Positions 19,975-29,382 of a stretch of DNA of 64,000 nt are shown here, piece by piece. The number at the start of each line of letters is the position of its first letter. Position 1 is the stretch's first letter. The stretch comes from Longimicrobiales bacterium (GTDB lineage Bacteria; Gemmatimonadota; Gemmatimonadetes; Longimicrobiales; Gaopeijiaceae), in NCBI GenBank assembly GCA_965202985.1, contig CBDBCF010000002.1, positions 96,001-160,000 on the forward strand. Direction: 5' to 3'. The translations under genes were made by a program, and so were the position numbers. A model generated the notes under the pieces. That model saw only the letters and a program-made list of their open reading frames with translations, had not been told where the DNA came from and made no database searches.

Positions 19975-21264
19975 CTACTCCGAGGAAGCGCCGCCGGGGC
20001 GGCTCGCCGGCTGGGGCGCCGCACCCTGCGCCCGCAGGAACGCCGTCTCGGAAAAGGCGGTGCGGTACAGGCGCTTCATGCCCTCGCTCAGCTTCACGTT
20101 GCGCCGGGCCATGATCACCTCCGCGGTCTGCAGGAAGCGCTCGATGTCGTACTCGTCCGGCTCCGGTCCCGCCCCCCAGGCGAACGGGACCACGTACCGG
20201 GGAGGCATCCGCGCCCCGAACAGGTTTGCCCCCGCTTCCACGGTCGTGCCCGTGTTGAGCAAGGTCCCAATCGCCGTGCGCACTTGGTCGCCCAGCAGGC
20301 ATCCCGCCTTGTGCAGCCCGGTGTGGATCGTCCGGCCGCGGAGCTCGGTCCGAATGGGGCCGTAGTTGTTCTTGAGCGGCGACACCGTGGTCATGGCGCC
20401 CAGGTTAACCCAACGCCCCACGACCGAGTGGCCCAGCAAGCCTTCGTGGGCCTTGTTGGCGAAGCCCAGCACGACGCTCGCTCCCATTTCGCCCCTGATC
20501 TTGCAGCACGGCCCGATGCTGCTGTTCTCGATCTCCCCGCCCAGCACCGTGGACCCGGGCCCCACGTAAGCTGGACCGGCAATGCGGGAAGACGCCCGAA
20601 CGCGGGCGCCGGGGGCCAGGATGATCGGGCCGTCCGACGTGTCCAACACCGCGGCGGGCTCCATGTCAACGCCGGCGCCCATCCTGACGGGTCCGTCGCC
20701 GATGCGGTGGACCCCGCCGGGCAACGGGTGCTCTCGAAAGCTGGAGACGCCGGGCTCGAAGTACCGATCGTCTGCGCGGATCCGATCTCCGTTCTTGTCC
20801 ATCAGTTCCCATACGGACTCCAACATCGATCCGTCCACGGATAGGGTCGGCCAATCGGGGTAGTCGCCGGCCCCCAGGCAGGAGGGGAAGGGGGTCCCCG
20901 CGGGCGCCCACGCCCCGGCAGAAGCGCCGCCCGCAACGAGCAAGCGAGGCTCCGCGGGCAGGCCCGATTCGCTGGACAGCGGCGCCCCGTCCAGAACCAA
21001 GCGACTCGACAACAGCAGCCGATCGCGGTCTTCCGGCACCGACTCCGGCGACGCGACCGGCGGCGCTCCGTCTTCCTCGAAGTCCGTCAAGCCCTCGGAC
21101 GCCAAGTATCCCCGGCACTTCAGGCCGGTCGCCCTCTCGGTCCGACCGCGCAGCGTGTCGGTGCCGAACAGCATCTCTCCTGCCGGGCGCGTCAAGACGA
21201 AGGGCAACCAGTCCCGCGCCGTCCGGTCGTCGAAAAGGAATAAGTGTGCGGCTGACAAGTCCAT
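19975..21264 (-). CDS. GlmU-related sugar nucleotidyl/acetyltransferase with left-handed beta-helix
   Basis: PFVLTRP, hexapeptide repeats, NKAHEGLLGHS, WVNLGA. Confidence 0.82.
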   Translation of the reverse strand: MDLSAAHLFLFDDRTARDWLPFVLTRPAGEMLFGTDTLRGRTERATGLKCRGYLASEGLTDFEEDGAPPVASPESVPEDRDRLLLSSRLVLDGAPLSSESGLPAEPRLLVAGGASAGAWAPAGTPFPSCLGAGDYPDWPTLSVDGSMLESVWELMDKNGDRIRADDRYFEPGVSSFREHPLPGGVHRIGDGPVRMGAGVDMEPAAVLDTSDGPIILAPGARVRASSRIAGPAYVGPGSTVLGGEIENSSIGPCCKIRGEMGASVVLGFANKAHEGLLGHSVVGRWVNLGAMTTVSPLKNNYGPIRTELRGRTIHTGLHKAGCLLGDQVRTAIGTLLNTGTTVEAGANLFGARMPPRYVVPFAWGAGPEPDEYDIERFLQTAEVIMARRNVKLSEGMKRLYRTAFSETAFLRAQGAAPQPASRPGGASSE

Positions 21265-21439
21265 GTTCAGATCGGTCGTTTGGGTTGGTTACCGCCCCCG
21301 GGCAGGCGCCAAGACGACGTATAGTGAAGGTTCGGTCGGGATCCGACAAGGTACGAATGCGGGGGTCCAAGTCCGAATGCCGGGGGTCGCGGCCCGGAAC
21401 GAGCTTCGGCGGACACGCGGAGGCGTCTCTCTAGCTTGT

Positions 21440-22510
21440 TCAGGAAGCCTCCGGATCGATCTCCTTCACGTACCGACCCAGCTCCGGAGACTTCGTCCGC
21501 GGCATGACGAGCGTGACTTCGTCCGTGCGCACCACGAGCAAGTCCTCGACGCCCAGAAGCACGACGCGGCCCGAGTCGGCGACGGCGATGTTGTTCGCGG
21601 CCTCCGCCAAGTGCACGTCCCCGCTGGACACGTTTCCGGTCGCGTCCGACGGTCGCGTTCGGGCCAGCGCTTCCCAGCTGCCCATGTCGTCCCAGCGGAA
21701 GAGGGCTTCCAGCGCCGCCACCCGAGGGCTGCGCTCCATCACCGCCACGTCCACCGCCACCGATTCCGCTCGCCGAAAGAAGGTGCGGGCGTCGGGTGCG
21801 CCGTCCAGGGCTGCGGAGAACTCCGGGGCTCGCGCCGCCACCTCCTCCAAGAACGTGGCCACGGGCCAGATGAAGCTCCCCGTGTTCCACCGGTACCCGT
21901 CGGCCACGTAGCGAGAGGCCGTCGCGGGGTCGGGCTTCTCCACGAACGACCGCACCTTCCACGCCCGGCAAGGAGCGGCCCCGTCCAGCGAGCTGCCCAG
22001 CTCGACGTACCCGAACCCCGTCTCGGGGCGGTCGGGCTTCGCCGCCAAGACGACCAGCCGCCGCTCCCGATCGGCAAGCCGAACACCGGCCTCGATCACG
22101 TCGCGGAAGGCGTCCCGGGGCTGGATCACGGCATCCGCGTGGAGCGACACCTGGACGGCCTGCGGGTCCACGCGGGCGATCTGCCGGGCCGCCCAAGCCA
22201 ACGCCGGACCCGTCCCCTTGCTTTGGGGCTCGACCCAGAACGACTCCGCGCCCAGGCCCGTCGCCTCCTGCAGGGGCGCCACCATCTCTCGGCCGGTCAG
22301 GATTCGCACCTTGTCCGGCGGCACCAGCCCTTCGATGCGGTCGAGGGCGTCCACGACCAGCGGGCGCGGGCCGGCCAGCGGCAAGAGCTGCTTGGGACGC
22401 CGCGCCGTGCTCAACGGCCAGAAGCGCGTTCCGATGCCGCCCGCCAACACCGTCGCCCAGACCGACGGCCCGGCGCTCAAGGACGGAAATGGTTGGCGAA
22501 CATCCGACAA
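21440..22510 (-). CDS. manC: Mannose-1-phosphate guanylyltransferase
   Basis: VLAGGIGTRFWPLS..PKQ, EPQSKGT, PETGFGY, FVEKP, WDDMGSW. Start uncertain (TTG 22510 or 22480). Confidence 0.9.
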   Translation of the reverse strand: MSDVRQPFPSLSAGPSVWATVLAGGIGTRFWPLSTARRPKQLLPLAGPRPLVVDALDRIEGLVPPDKVRILTGREMVAPLQEATGLGAESFWVEPQSKGTGPALAWAARQIARVDPQAVQVSLHADAVIQPRDAFRDVIEAGVRLADRERRLVVLAAKPDRPETGFGYVELGSSLDGAAPCRAWKVRSFVEKPDPATASRYVADGYRWNTGSFIWPVATFLEEVAARAPEFSAALDGAPDARTFFRRAESVAVDVAVMERSPRVAALEALFRWDDMGSWEALARTRPSDATGNVSSGDVHLAEAANNIAVADSGRVVLLGVEDLLVVRTDEVTLVMPRTKSPELGRYVKEIDPEAS

Positions 22511-22574
22511 ACTACCCCGGGGACGGCCCCGAATCAAGACGGCGAAGCCGGGCAAGTCAAGGGCCCCGAACGCC

Positions 22575-22603
22575 TTGACCGGAGCGATCGGACGGCCTAG
22601 TAT
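22575..22603 (+). promoter_or_regulatory. Sigma70 promoter, probably giving a leaderless mRNA
   Basis: TTGACC-17 bp-TAGTAT, ending 7 nt before ATG 22611. Confidence 0.65.
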
Positions 22604-22610
22604 TTCCCGC

Positions 22611-23162
22611 ATGAAAGCCGTTGGACTCGCCGTGCTGATCGCCACCTGGGGCTTGGCCGCCTGCGGCGACGACCCGTTCGCCGTGCGGTGGCAGGAGAAC
22701 CCGGACACGGTCCGCCTGTTCGCCCTGTCGCGACCGGAGCCGAACCTGGTATCCGGCTTCGACTTCTTCCCGCGCGCGGCGGTCCGCATCGAGGCTCCCA
22801 CGACCGGAACCAACTGGGACTTGGCCGTGGACGTGCGCCAGTCCGAGTTCGTCTGGCTTCCGCCGGGAGCGCTGGGCATTACCTCCCAGTCGGCGGTGGC
22901 CACGGTAGAGAACGAGACCTTCGCCACGATCCGCGAGGCGCCCGCCGACACGGCCCGCTACGTGTCGACCGAACCGGTTCCGATACGCACCGACCGCATC
23001 TACGTGATCCGCACGCGCCAGCACGCCGGCCTCTTCAACGCCCTGTGCACGTACTACGGAAAGATACAGGCCTTGGACGTGGACGTGGCGGGGGGTGCCG
23101 TCTCCTTCCAGTTCGACGTGAGCGGGGCCTGCAACAGTCGCAGCTTGGTCCCGCCGGACTGA
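22611..23162 (+). CDS. Hypothetical lipoprotein
   Basis: Signal peptide with lipobox LAAC, then a beta-rich body. Confidence 0.8.
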   Translation: MKAVGLAVLIATWGLAACGDDPFAVRWQENPDTVRLFALSRPEPNLVSGFDFFPRAAVRIEAPTTGTNWDLAVDVRQSEFVWLPPGALGITSQSAVATVENETFATIREAPADTARYVSTEPVPIRTDRIYVIRTRQHAGLFNALCTYYGKIQALDVDVAGGAVSFQFDVSGACNSRSLVPPD

Positions 23163-23168
23163 CCTCCG

Positions 23169-24449
23169 GTGCTGGACATGAGGCGGGTGCGCCGAAGCCC
23201 TGCGGAGGTGGCGGCGGCCCTGCAGCGCCGCGGACTGCAGGACGCTCGGGAACGCGTCGAAGTCCTGTGCGACCGCGATCGGGCGCGTCGCGAGGCCCTG
23301 CACGAGGTCAACGGACTCAAGGCCGAGCGCAACCAAGTCTCCAAGGAGATTGGCGAGGCGAAACGACGCGGAGAGGACGCGGCGCCCCAGATCGCCCGAA
23401 TGCGCGCGGCGGGAGATCGGATCCGCGAACTGGACGTGGCCGTGGCAGATGCGGACGCGTGGATCGTCGACGCGTTGGACGCCGTGCCCAACTTGCCCGA
23501 CGAGAGGGTGCCCCAGGGCGGCGAGGAGGCCAACCAGGTCGTCCGAACGTGGGGCGAATCGGCGACCGACCCGGCCCTCCGTCCGCACTGGGAGCTGGGC
23601 GAAGCGCTGGGGATCCTGGACCTGCCCGGCGGGGCGAAGGTCTCGGGTTCCGGGTTCCCCGTGCTGCGCGGCAAGGGGGCGGCCCTTCAGCGCGGCCTGA
23701 TCGACTGGATGATCCGAACCCACGTGGCCGACCACGGCTACACCGAGCTTCGCGTCCCCTACTTGGTGACGGGCAGGGCCATGAGGGGCACGGGCCAGCT
23801 TCCCAAGTTCGCGGAAGAGTCGTACGTGACCCGTCGCGACGGCCTGTGGCTGGTTCCGACGGCCGAAGTGCCCGTGACCAACCTTCACGCCGACGAGATC
23901 CTGAAGCCCGGTTCGCTGCCCCGAAAGTACGTGGCCTATTCGCCCTGCTTTCGGAGGGAGGCCGGCGCCGCGGGAAGGGACACGCGCGGGCTTCTGCGGG
24001 TGCACCAGTTCGACAAGGTCGAGCTCGTTCGGTTCGAGGACCCGACTTGCAGCGCCGGGGCGCTCGAGGAGCTCGTGGGCGAGGCCTCTCGAATGCTGGA
24101 GCTGCTGGGCCTGCCTCATCGCGTCGTCCTGCTGGCCGCAGGCGACCTGGGGTTCGCCGCCTCGCTCACCTACGACCTGGAGGCGTGGGCGCCCGGCACC
24201 GGGAAGTGGCTGGAGGTGTCCAGCTGCTCCACGTTCACCGACTACCAAGCCCGTCGCGCAAACATCCGTTTCCGGGCCGACGCGGGGGCCGGGGCCGAGT
24301 TCGTCCACACGCTGAACGGGTCGGGCTTGGCGCTGCCCAGAGTCATGGCCGCGCTGCTGGAGACGGGGCAGCAGCCCGACGGTTCGGTGCGCCTGCCCGA
24401 AGCGCTGGGTCCCGTGCTCGGCTTCACTGAGATCGCGCCCGGGGAGTGA
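23169..24449 (+). CDS. serS: Serine--tRNA ligase
   Basis: N-terminal coiled coil, PTAEVP, FRREAG, HQFDKVE, EVSSCS, TLNGSGLA. Confidence 0.98.
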   Translation: MLDMRRVRRSPAEVAAALQRRGLQDARERVEVLCDRDRARREALHEVNGLKAERNQVSKEIGEAKRRGEDAAPQIARMRAAGDRIRELDVAVADADAWIVDALDAVPNLPDERVPQGGEEANQVVRTWGESATDPALRPHWELGEALGILDLPGGAKVSGSGFPVLRGKGAALQRGLIDWMIRTHVADHGYTELRVPYLVTGRAMRGTGQLPKFAEESYVTRRDGLWLVPTAEVPVTNLHADEILKPGSLPRKYVAYSPCFRREAGAAGRDTRGLLRVHQFDKVELVRFEDPTCSAGALEELVGEASRMLELLGLPHRVVLLAAGDLGFAASLTYDLEAWAPGTGKWLEVSSCSTFTDYQARRANIRFRADAGAGAEFVHTLNGSGLALPRVMAALLETGQQPDGSVRLPEALGPVLGFTEIAPGE

Positions 24450-24519
24450 GCCCCGCGGGAGCCCTCGGAATCGACCCGGCGCGCCTTCCGGGCGTCGTCC
24501 CGCCGCCGGCTTCCGCCCC

Positions 24520-25749
24520 GTGACCCGCAACCGGGCCCTGCGCGTCCGAGCGGCGGGCGCGGCCCTCCGCACCTGGCCCGTCGCCCTGGCGGTGCTGTTC
24601 GTGGCGCTGCTCGCCTGGTACATGGTCTACACGGCCGAGATCATCCGCTCCCGCCAGTCGGACGCCGAGACCTTCACCCGCATCTACGCGGACGTGCAAC
24701 AGGGCCTGACAAGCCCGGCACCCGGAGCGGAGCTGACCACGCTGGTGCACCTGCAACAGGAGATCCTGGAACTGGGCGTGCCGTTCGTGGTGACGACCGA
24801 ACCGGGAGGCGTCTACAACACTTCGGCCAACTTGCCGTTCCCCGTGTCGGAGCCGCCCACGCCGCGGGACGTCGAGCGCATACTGGCGTTCGCCGCGGAA
24901 CTCGACGCTCGGAACCGGCCGGTCGGCGACTCGACGGCCCAGCTGGTCCACTACGGCGTCACGCCCGAAGCTGCGCGGCTTCAGTGGATGCCCTTCCTGT
25001 GGGCGTCCGGCCTCTTGATCACCGTCCTGCTCGCCTCGACGGTGTTTCGGTACCAAAGGCGGGCGGCCGTGGAGCGGGCGTGGACGGCGATGGCCCGCGA
25101 ACTCGCGCACCAGCTGGGGACGCCGATCAGCTCGCTTCAGGGATGGGCCGAAGTGCTGGGGCTTCCGCCCGACGAGCGCCCGGGCGACATGTCCCGGCAG
25201 GACATCGCGTCGGCGATCGAAGAGGACATGGTGCGCCTCGAGAGGATCAGTTGCCGCTTCGAGCTCATCGGGCGGGAGCCGGAACTGGGGCGCGTGTCGC
25301 TTAGGGACGTGATCGGCGAACTGCGCGGCTACCTGGAGGCCCGGTTGCCGCGACTGGGTTCGGGCGTGGCCCTCCATGTGGACGTGCCCGGCGACTTGCC
25401 CGACGTGCAGGGACACGCCGTGTTGCTGGCGTGGGCCTTGGAGAACTTGGTGAAGAACGCCCTGGACGCCGTGGCCGGCACCGGCGGGTCGATCACCATT
25501 TCGGCGCGCCCCGCGGAGGGGCGATGGGTGGCGCTCCGAATCCGCGACACGGGGCCGGGGATCGCCGCCGACATCCGCGACAAGATCTTCGACCCGGGCG
25601 TGACCACCAAGTCCGGCGGCTGGGGCGTGGGTCTGGCCTTGACGCGCCGCATCGTGGAGGGCGTTCACGGCGGAAGGGTCGAGCTGCTGGACCGGTGGGA
25701 GCGGGGCGTTACGTTCCAGGTTCGCCTTCCCCGCGCCGCCGGTCTCTGA
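24520..25749 (+). CDS. Membrane sensor histidine kinase (no adjacent response regulator)
   Basis: Two TM segments, ELAHQLGTP H-box, ENLVKNALDA, DTGPGI, GVGL. Confidence 0.92.
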   Translation: MTRNRALRVRAAGAALRTWPVALAVLFVALLAWYMVYTAEIIRSRQSDAETFTRIYADVQQGLTSPAPGAELTTLVHLQQEILELGVPFVVTTEPGGVYNTSANLPFPVSEPPTPRDVERILAFAAELDARNRPVGDSTAQLVHYGVTPEAARLQWMPFLWASGLLITVLLASTVFRYQRRAAVERAWTAMARELAHQLGTPISSLQGWAEVLGLPPDERPGDMSRQDIASAIEEDMVRLERISCRFELIGREPELGRVSLRDVIGELRGYLEARLPRLGSGVALHVDVPGDLPDVQGHAVLLAWALENLVKNALDAVAGTGGSITISARPAEGRWVALRIRDTGPGIAADIRDKIFDPGVTTKSGGWGVGLALTRRIVEGVHGGRVELLDRWERGVTFQVRLPRAAGL

Positions 25750-25766
25750 GCCCGCGTCCCCGAACC

Positions 25767-28031
25767 ATGTCCTCGCATCCACGCCGCCGGCCAGCCCAGT
25801 CCGCGCTGCTGGACGCCCTGAACCCCGAGCAGCGCGACGCCGCCGAGCACTTCGAGGGGCCGTGCCTGGTGCTGGCCGGCGCCGGCTCGGGCAAGACGCG
25901 GGTGCTCACCACGCGCCTCTGCCGGCTGATCCAGGAGCATGGAGTCTCCCCCGGCCGGATCATGGCCGTCACCTTCACGAACAAGGCGGCGGGCGAGATG
26001 CGCGACCGCGTGTCGGCCATGCTGGGGGCCGCGCCGGCGGGCGCATGGATCGGGACGTTCCACTCGATCGGAGCGCGGCTGCTTCGCCGACACGCGCCGG
26101 TGGCGGGGCTCGCCCGGACGTTCTCGATCCTGGACGCCGAGCAGTCGCTGCGGCAGGTGCGGCGCGCCACGGAAGAGGCCGGGCTGGACCCCAAACGCTG
26201 GGCCAAGGCCGTCCGCAACCTGATCTCCGACGCCAAGAACCAGGTGGTGGAGCCTCGCGAGTTCGCGGAGCTGCACGAGGCCGCCGCCGAGATCGAGGTC
26301 CGCTACGCCACCCGCGTTTATCCCCTCTACCGCAAGGCGCTGCGGGCCCAGGACGCCGTGGACTTCGACGACCTCCTGCTGCTGCCGGTGCGCCTGTTGG
26401 AGGAGAACGAAGGGCTGCTGGAGCAGTACCGGGAGCGCTTCGCGTTCGTCCTCGTGGACGAGTACCAGGACACGAACCACGCCCAGTTCCGGTTGCTGCG
26501 GCTGCTGGCCGCGAACCACGGCAACCTCATGGCGGTCGGCGACGACGACCAGAGCATCTACGGATGGCGGGGCGCCGACATCGGCAACATACTGGACTTC
26601 GAGCGGAGCTTCCCCGGCGCAAAGGTCGTCCGACTCGAGCAGAACTATCGGTCCACGCAAGTCATCCTGGACGCCGCCAACATCGTCATCCGTCAAAACC
26701 GGCATCGAAGGGCCAAGACCCTGCGCACCGACCGCCAGGGCGGGGAAGCCGTCACCTGCGCCATCGCCGCGGACGAACGCGACGAGGCCCGCTGGATCGT
26801 GCGCGAGATCGAACGCCGCATGCTGTCGAGCCCCTCGCTGGACCACCGCGACTTTGCGGTGCTGTACCGCACCAACGCCCAGGCGCGCGCTCTGGAGGAA
26901 GGCTTTCTCCGAAGAGGCGTTCCCTACCAAGTCGTGGGGGGAGTCCGCTTCTACGAGCGTCGGGAGATTCAGGACGTCCTGGCGTACCTGCGCCTGGTGT
27001 CCAATCCGCTGGATCAAGACGCCTTCGAACGCGCGGTCAACTACCCCCGGAGGGGCGTGGGGCGGGTCACGCGGGAGCGGGTGCTCGCGGTGGCCGCGGA
27101 GTCGGGCGCCAGCTGCTTGCAGGTGGCCGAAGAGGCGGGCCGCATCGGCGGATTCACACGGGCGGGGGCCAGGGGGCTCGTCGAGTTCGCCGGGCTGGTG
27201 CGGCGTTGCCGCCAAAGGGCCGCCGAGGTCGCGGTGGGCGCGCTGCTGGACGAGCTGGTCGAGGAGTTGGACCTGCTGCCGCTGTTGCGAAGCGAGGGTC
27301 CCGACGGAAGCGACCGGGCCGACAACGTGCGCGAGCTGATCGACGGCGCCAAGGACTTTCGGGCCGAGCCGGCGACGGACGACGGCCAGGACGAGGACGA
27401 CTTCACCGACCTGGACCTCTTCCTTCAGCAGGTCGCTCTGGTGGCGGACGTGGACCGGCACGACTCGGCCGCGGACGCCGTGACGCTCATGACGCTGCAC
27501 AGCGCCAAGGGGCTGGAGTTCCCCGTCGTCTTCATGAGCGGCATGGAAGAGGGCCTGTTCCCGCTGGCCCGGGCCTACGACGAGGAGCACCTGCTCGAAG
27601 AGGAACGGCGGCTCTGCTACGTGGGCGTCACCCGCGCCCGCGAGAAGCTGTACTTGACGCACGCCGCGCGCCGTCGCAGGGCCGGAGAGGTCGCGTTCGG
27701 CACGCTTTCGTCGTTCGTCCGGCTCATGGAGGGACTGGAGTCGGCCGGCACCGGCCAAACGTCTGGATACGCCGCGGGGTTCCGAGCCGGCCGCGACGCC
27801 GAGCAGCCTCCCTCGCGCCGCTACGGGGACGACCGCGACTTCGGCGACCTCAACCAGGACCGCCCCGCCTACTACAAGGGCGCCCGCGTGCGCCATGAGA
27901 CCTTCGGCGCGGGGACGATCCTGGAGGTGACGGGCTTCGGCCCGGACACGAAGGTGGCCGTGCGCTTCGACCAAGCTGGCCGAAAGAAGCTCCTCCTCCG
28001 CTACGCGAAGCTCGAGCGCGACGGATACTAG
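25767..28031 (+). CDS. pcrA: UvrD/PcrA DNA helicase
   Basis: LNPEQ, AGAGSGKT, DEYQDTN, GDDDQSIYGWRGA, LEQNYRS, YVGVTRA, C-terminal Tudor-like region. Confidence 0.96.
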   Translation: MSSHPRRRPAQSALLDALNPEQRDAAEHFEGPCLVLAGAGSGKTRVLTTRLCRLIQEHGVSPGRIMAVTFTNKAAGEMRDRVSAMLGAAPAGAWIGTFHSIGARLLRRHAPVAGLARTFSILDAEQSLRQVRRATEEAGLDPKRWAKAVRNLISDAKNQVVEPREFAELHEAAAEIEVRYATRVYPLYRKALRAQDAVDFDDLLLLPVRLLEENEGLLEQYRERFAFVLVDEYQDTNHAQFRLLRLLAANHGNLMAVGDDDQSIYGWRGADIGNILDFERSFPGAKVVRLEQNYRSTQVILDAANIVIRQNRHRRAKTLRTDRQGGEAVTCAIAADERDEARWIVREIERRMLSSPSLDHRDFAVLYRTNAQARALEEGFLRRGVPYQVVGGVRFYERREIQDVLAYLRLVSNPLDQDAFERAVNYPRRGVGRVTRERVLAVAAESGASCLQVAEEAGRIGGFTRAGARGLVEFAGLVRRCRQRAAEVAVGALLDELVEELDLLPLLRSEGPDGSDRADNVRELIDGAKDFRAEPATDDGQDEDDFTDLDLFLQQVALVADVDRHDSAADAVTLMTLHSAKGLEFPVVFMSGMEEGLFPLARAYDEEHLLEEERRLCYVGVTRAREKLYLTHAARRRRAGEVAFGTLSSFVRLMEGLESAGTGQTSGYAAGFRAGRDAEQPPSRRYGDDRDFGDLNQDRPAYYKGARVRHETFGAGTILEVTGFGPDTKVAVRFDQAGRKKLLLRYAKLERDGY

Positions 28032-28051
28032 GGTGGGGCTGACCCCTTCGA

Positions 28052-28498
28052 CTACTGCTCGCCGCTCTCGCCCGTGCGACGGTTGATCTCCGCGAGGAGC
28101 CGCTGGTCCCCCGCGCGCATCGAATCCGCCAGTTCCCTGATCTGTGCCAGGAGCCGCTGCTCAGTTACCCGAATGGAGTCTCCCAGTTCGCCGATCTGCG
28201 CCAAGCCCGAGTTCCTCATTTCTTCAATGGCCTCCCGCACCTCGCCGATCTGGTCCTCCAGCCGGTCCTCCATTCGGTTTAGCTGGCCCAGAAAGACGGT
28301 CATGAGCAGGGCCGTCACGCTTCCGAACGCGACAACCACCGAGACCACAACGCCCGCTGGCGTGTTCAGGACCTGCCAAGCGCCAATCCATGCATTTCCT
28401 GTTCCATGGCCTGCTTCGAGGCGACCCGCCTCGCCCCGATTGGCCCCTGGGGCTTCCACCGATCCTTTCTCGGACCGTTGATCGTCCGCAGTCCTCAT
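28052..28498 (-). CDS. Hypothetical single-TM coiled-coil protein with 18-aa repeats
   Basis: GGAGG RBS, one hydrophobic segment, LAQIGELGDSIRVTEQRL/LAQIRELADSMRAGDQRL repeats. Confidence 0.7.
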   Translation of the reverse strand: MRTADDQRSEKGSVEAPGANRGEAGRLEAGHGTGNAWIGAWQVLNTPAGVVVSVVVAFGSVTALLMTVFLGQLNRMEDRLEDQIGEVREAIEEMRNSGLAQIGELGDSIRVTEQRLLAQIRELADSMRAGDQRLLAEINRRTGESGEQ

Positions 28499-28694
28499 TC
28501 TCGCTGCCTCCTCCGGTTCGGCTCTGCGTGTTGGGGCGCCCCCCGACACTCGCAAAGGCTGCAGGGGATGCCGAGAACCTGCAACATCGCAACGAAATGG
28601 CGGCTACGCAATGGCCCTCGCCATATCCCGCAAGACGCCGCAAGGACCATGTTGGATCGCCTTCGCCGATGATCGGCGATGACCCACCCGGCGC

Positions 28695-29288
28695 CTAGGA
28701 GCCGGCGGGACCGCCTTCGCCTTCCCCTTCGCCGCCCTCGCCCTCCGCGGGCTGGGGACCGCTGCGCTTCGCCAGCCAGCCGGCCCCGGCTCGCACGGTA
28801 CGCAGCTTGGCCGCCGCCTCGAGCACGGCTTCCTCGGCTTCCGACTGCGCCAGGTCCAGCACCGCCGACAGGTCCGCCAAGCGGGCCCGCACCTGAGCCG
28901 CCGCCTCGTCGATGCCGCCGGCCACACCGCCAAGGGACTGGTTGAGGCGCTCCACCTCCGCGCGCACGGCCGCGATCAGCTCGTCCACGTTTCGGGCCGC
29001 ATTGGCGGCGTGGTCGATCACGGGGCGGAACTGCATGCGCGTTTCCCGCACGAACCCGGTCCAGCTTCGCGACAGCCTGCGAACCTCGACCAGCACCATG
29101 ACCGAGACGACCAGGAAGAACAGGATCACCGCCCCCAGCGCGCCGGCGGCCCAGAGCGACGCGGACGCCAAGCCGCCCAAGCCCTGCCGGGCGCGAGCGA
29201 TCACGCTGTCCAGGGCCGGTTCCATGCTGTCCCAGGCCACGGCCACGGCCACGGTGTCCTGCGACTGCTGAAGAAGGGAATCGATCAT
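28695..29288 (-). CDS. DUF948-like membrane-anchored helical protein
   Basis: TM segment followed by long amphipathic helices. TATATT 6 nt before the ATG. Confidence 0.7.
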   Translation of the reverse strand: MIDSLLQQSQDTVAVAVAWDSMEPALDSVIARARQGLGGLASASLWAAGALGAVILFFLVVSVMVLVEVRRLSRSWTGFVRETRMQFRPVIDHAANAARNVDELIAAVRAEVERLNQSLGGVAGGIDEAAAQVRARLADLSAVLDLAQSEAEEAVLEAAAKLRTVRAGAGWLAKRSGPQPAEGEGGEGEGEGGPAGS

Positions 29289-29382
29289 GACCCCAATATA
29301 CGGCCCACGCCGCGCGTTGCGCCAAGGGACGACACCGGGACGGCGGCGCCCCGCAACGCGGAAAGACGGTATCTTTCGCTCC

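Noticed and set aside
21270..21435. Possible structured ncRNA between the GlmU-like gene and manC (two GAATGC..GGGGGTC copies)
   Set aside because: No recognisable 6S, SRP, tmRNA or riboswitch consensus; could simply be promoter sequence.
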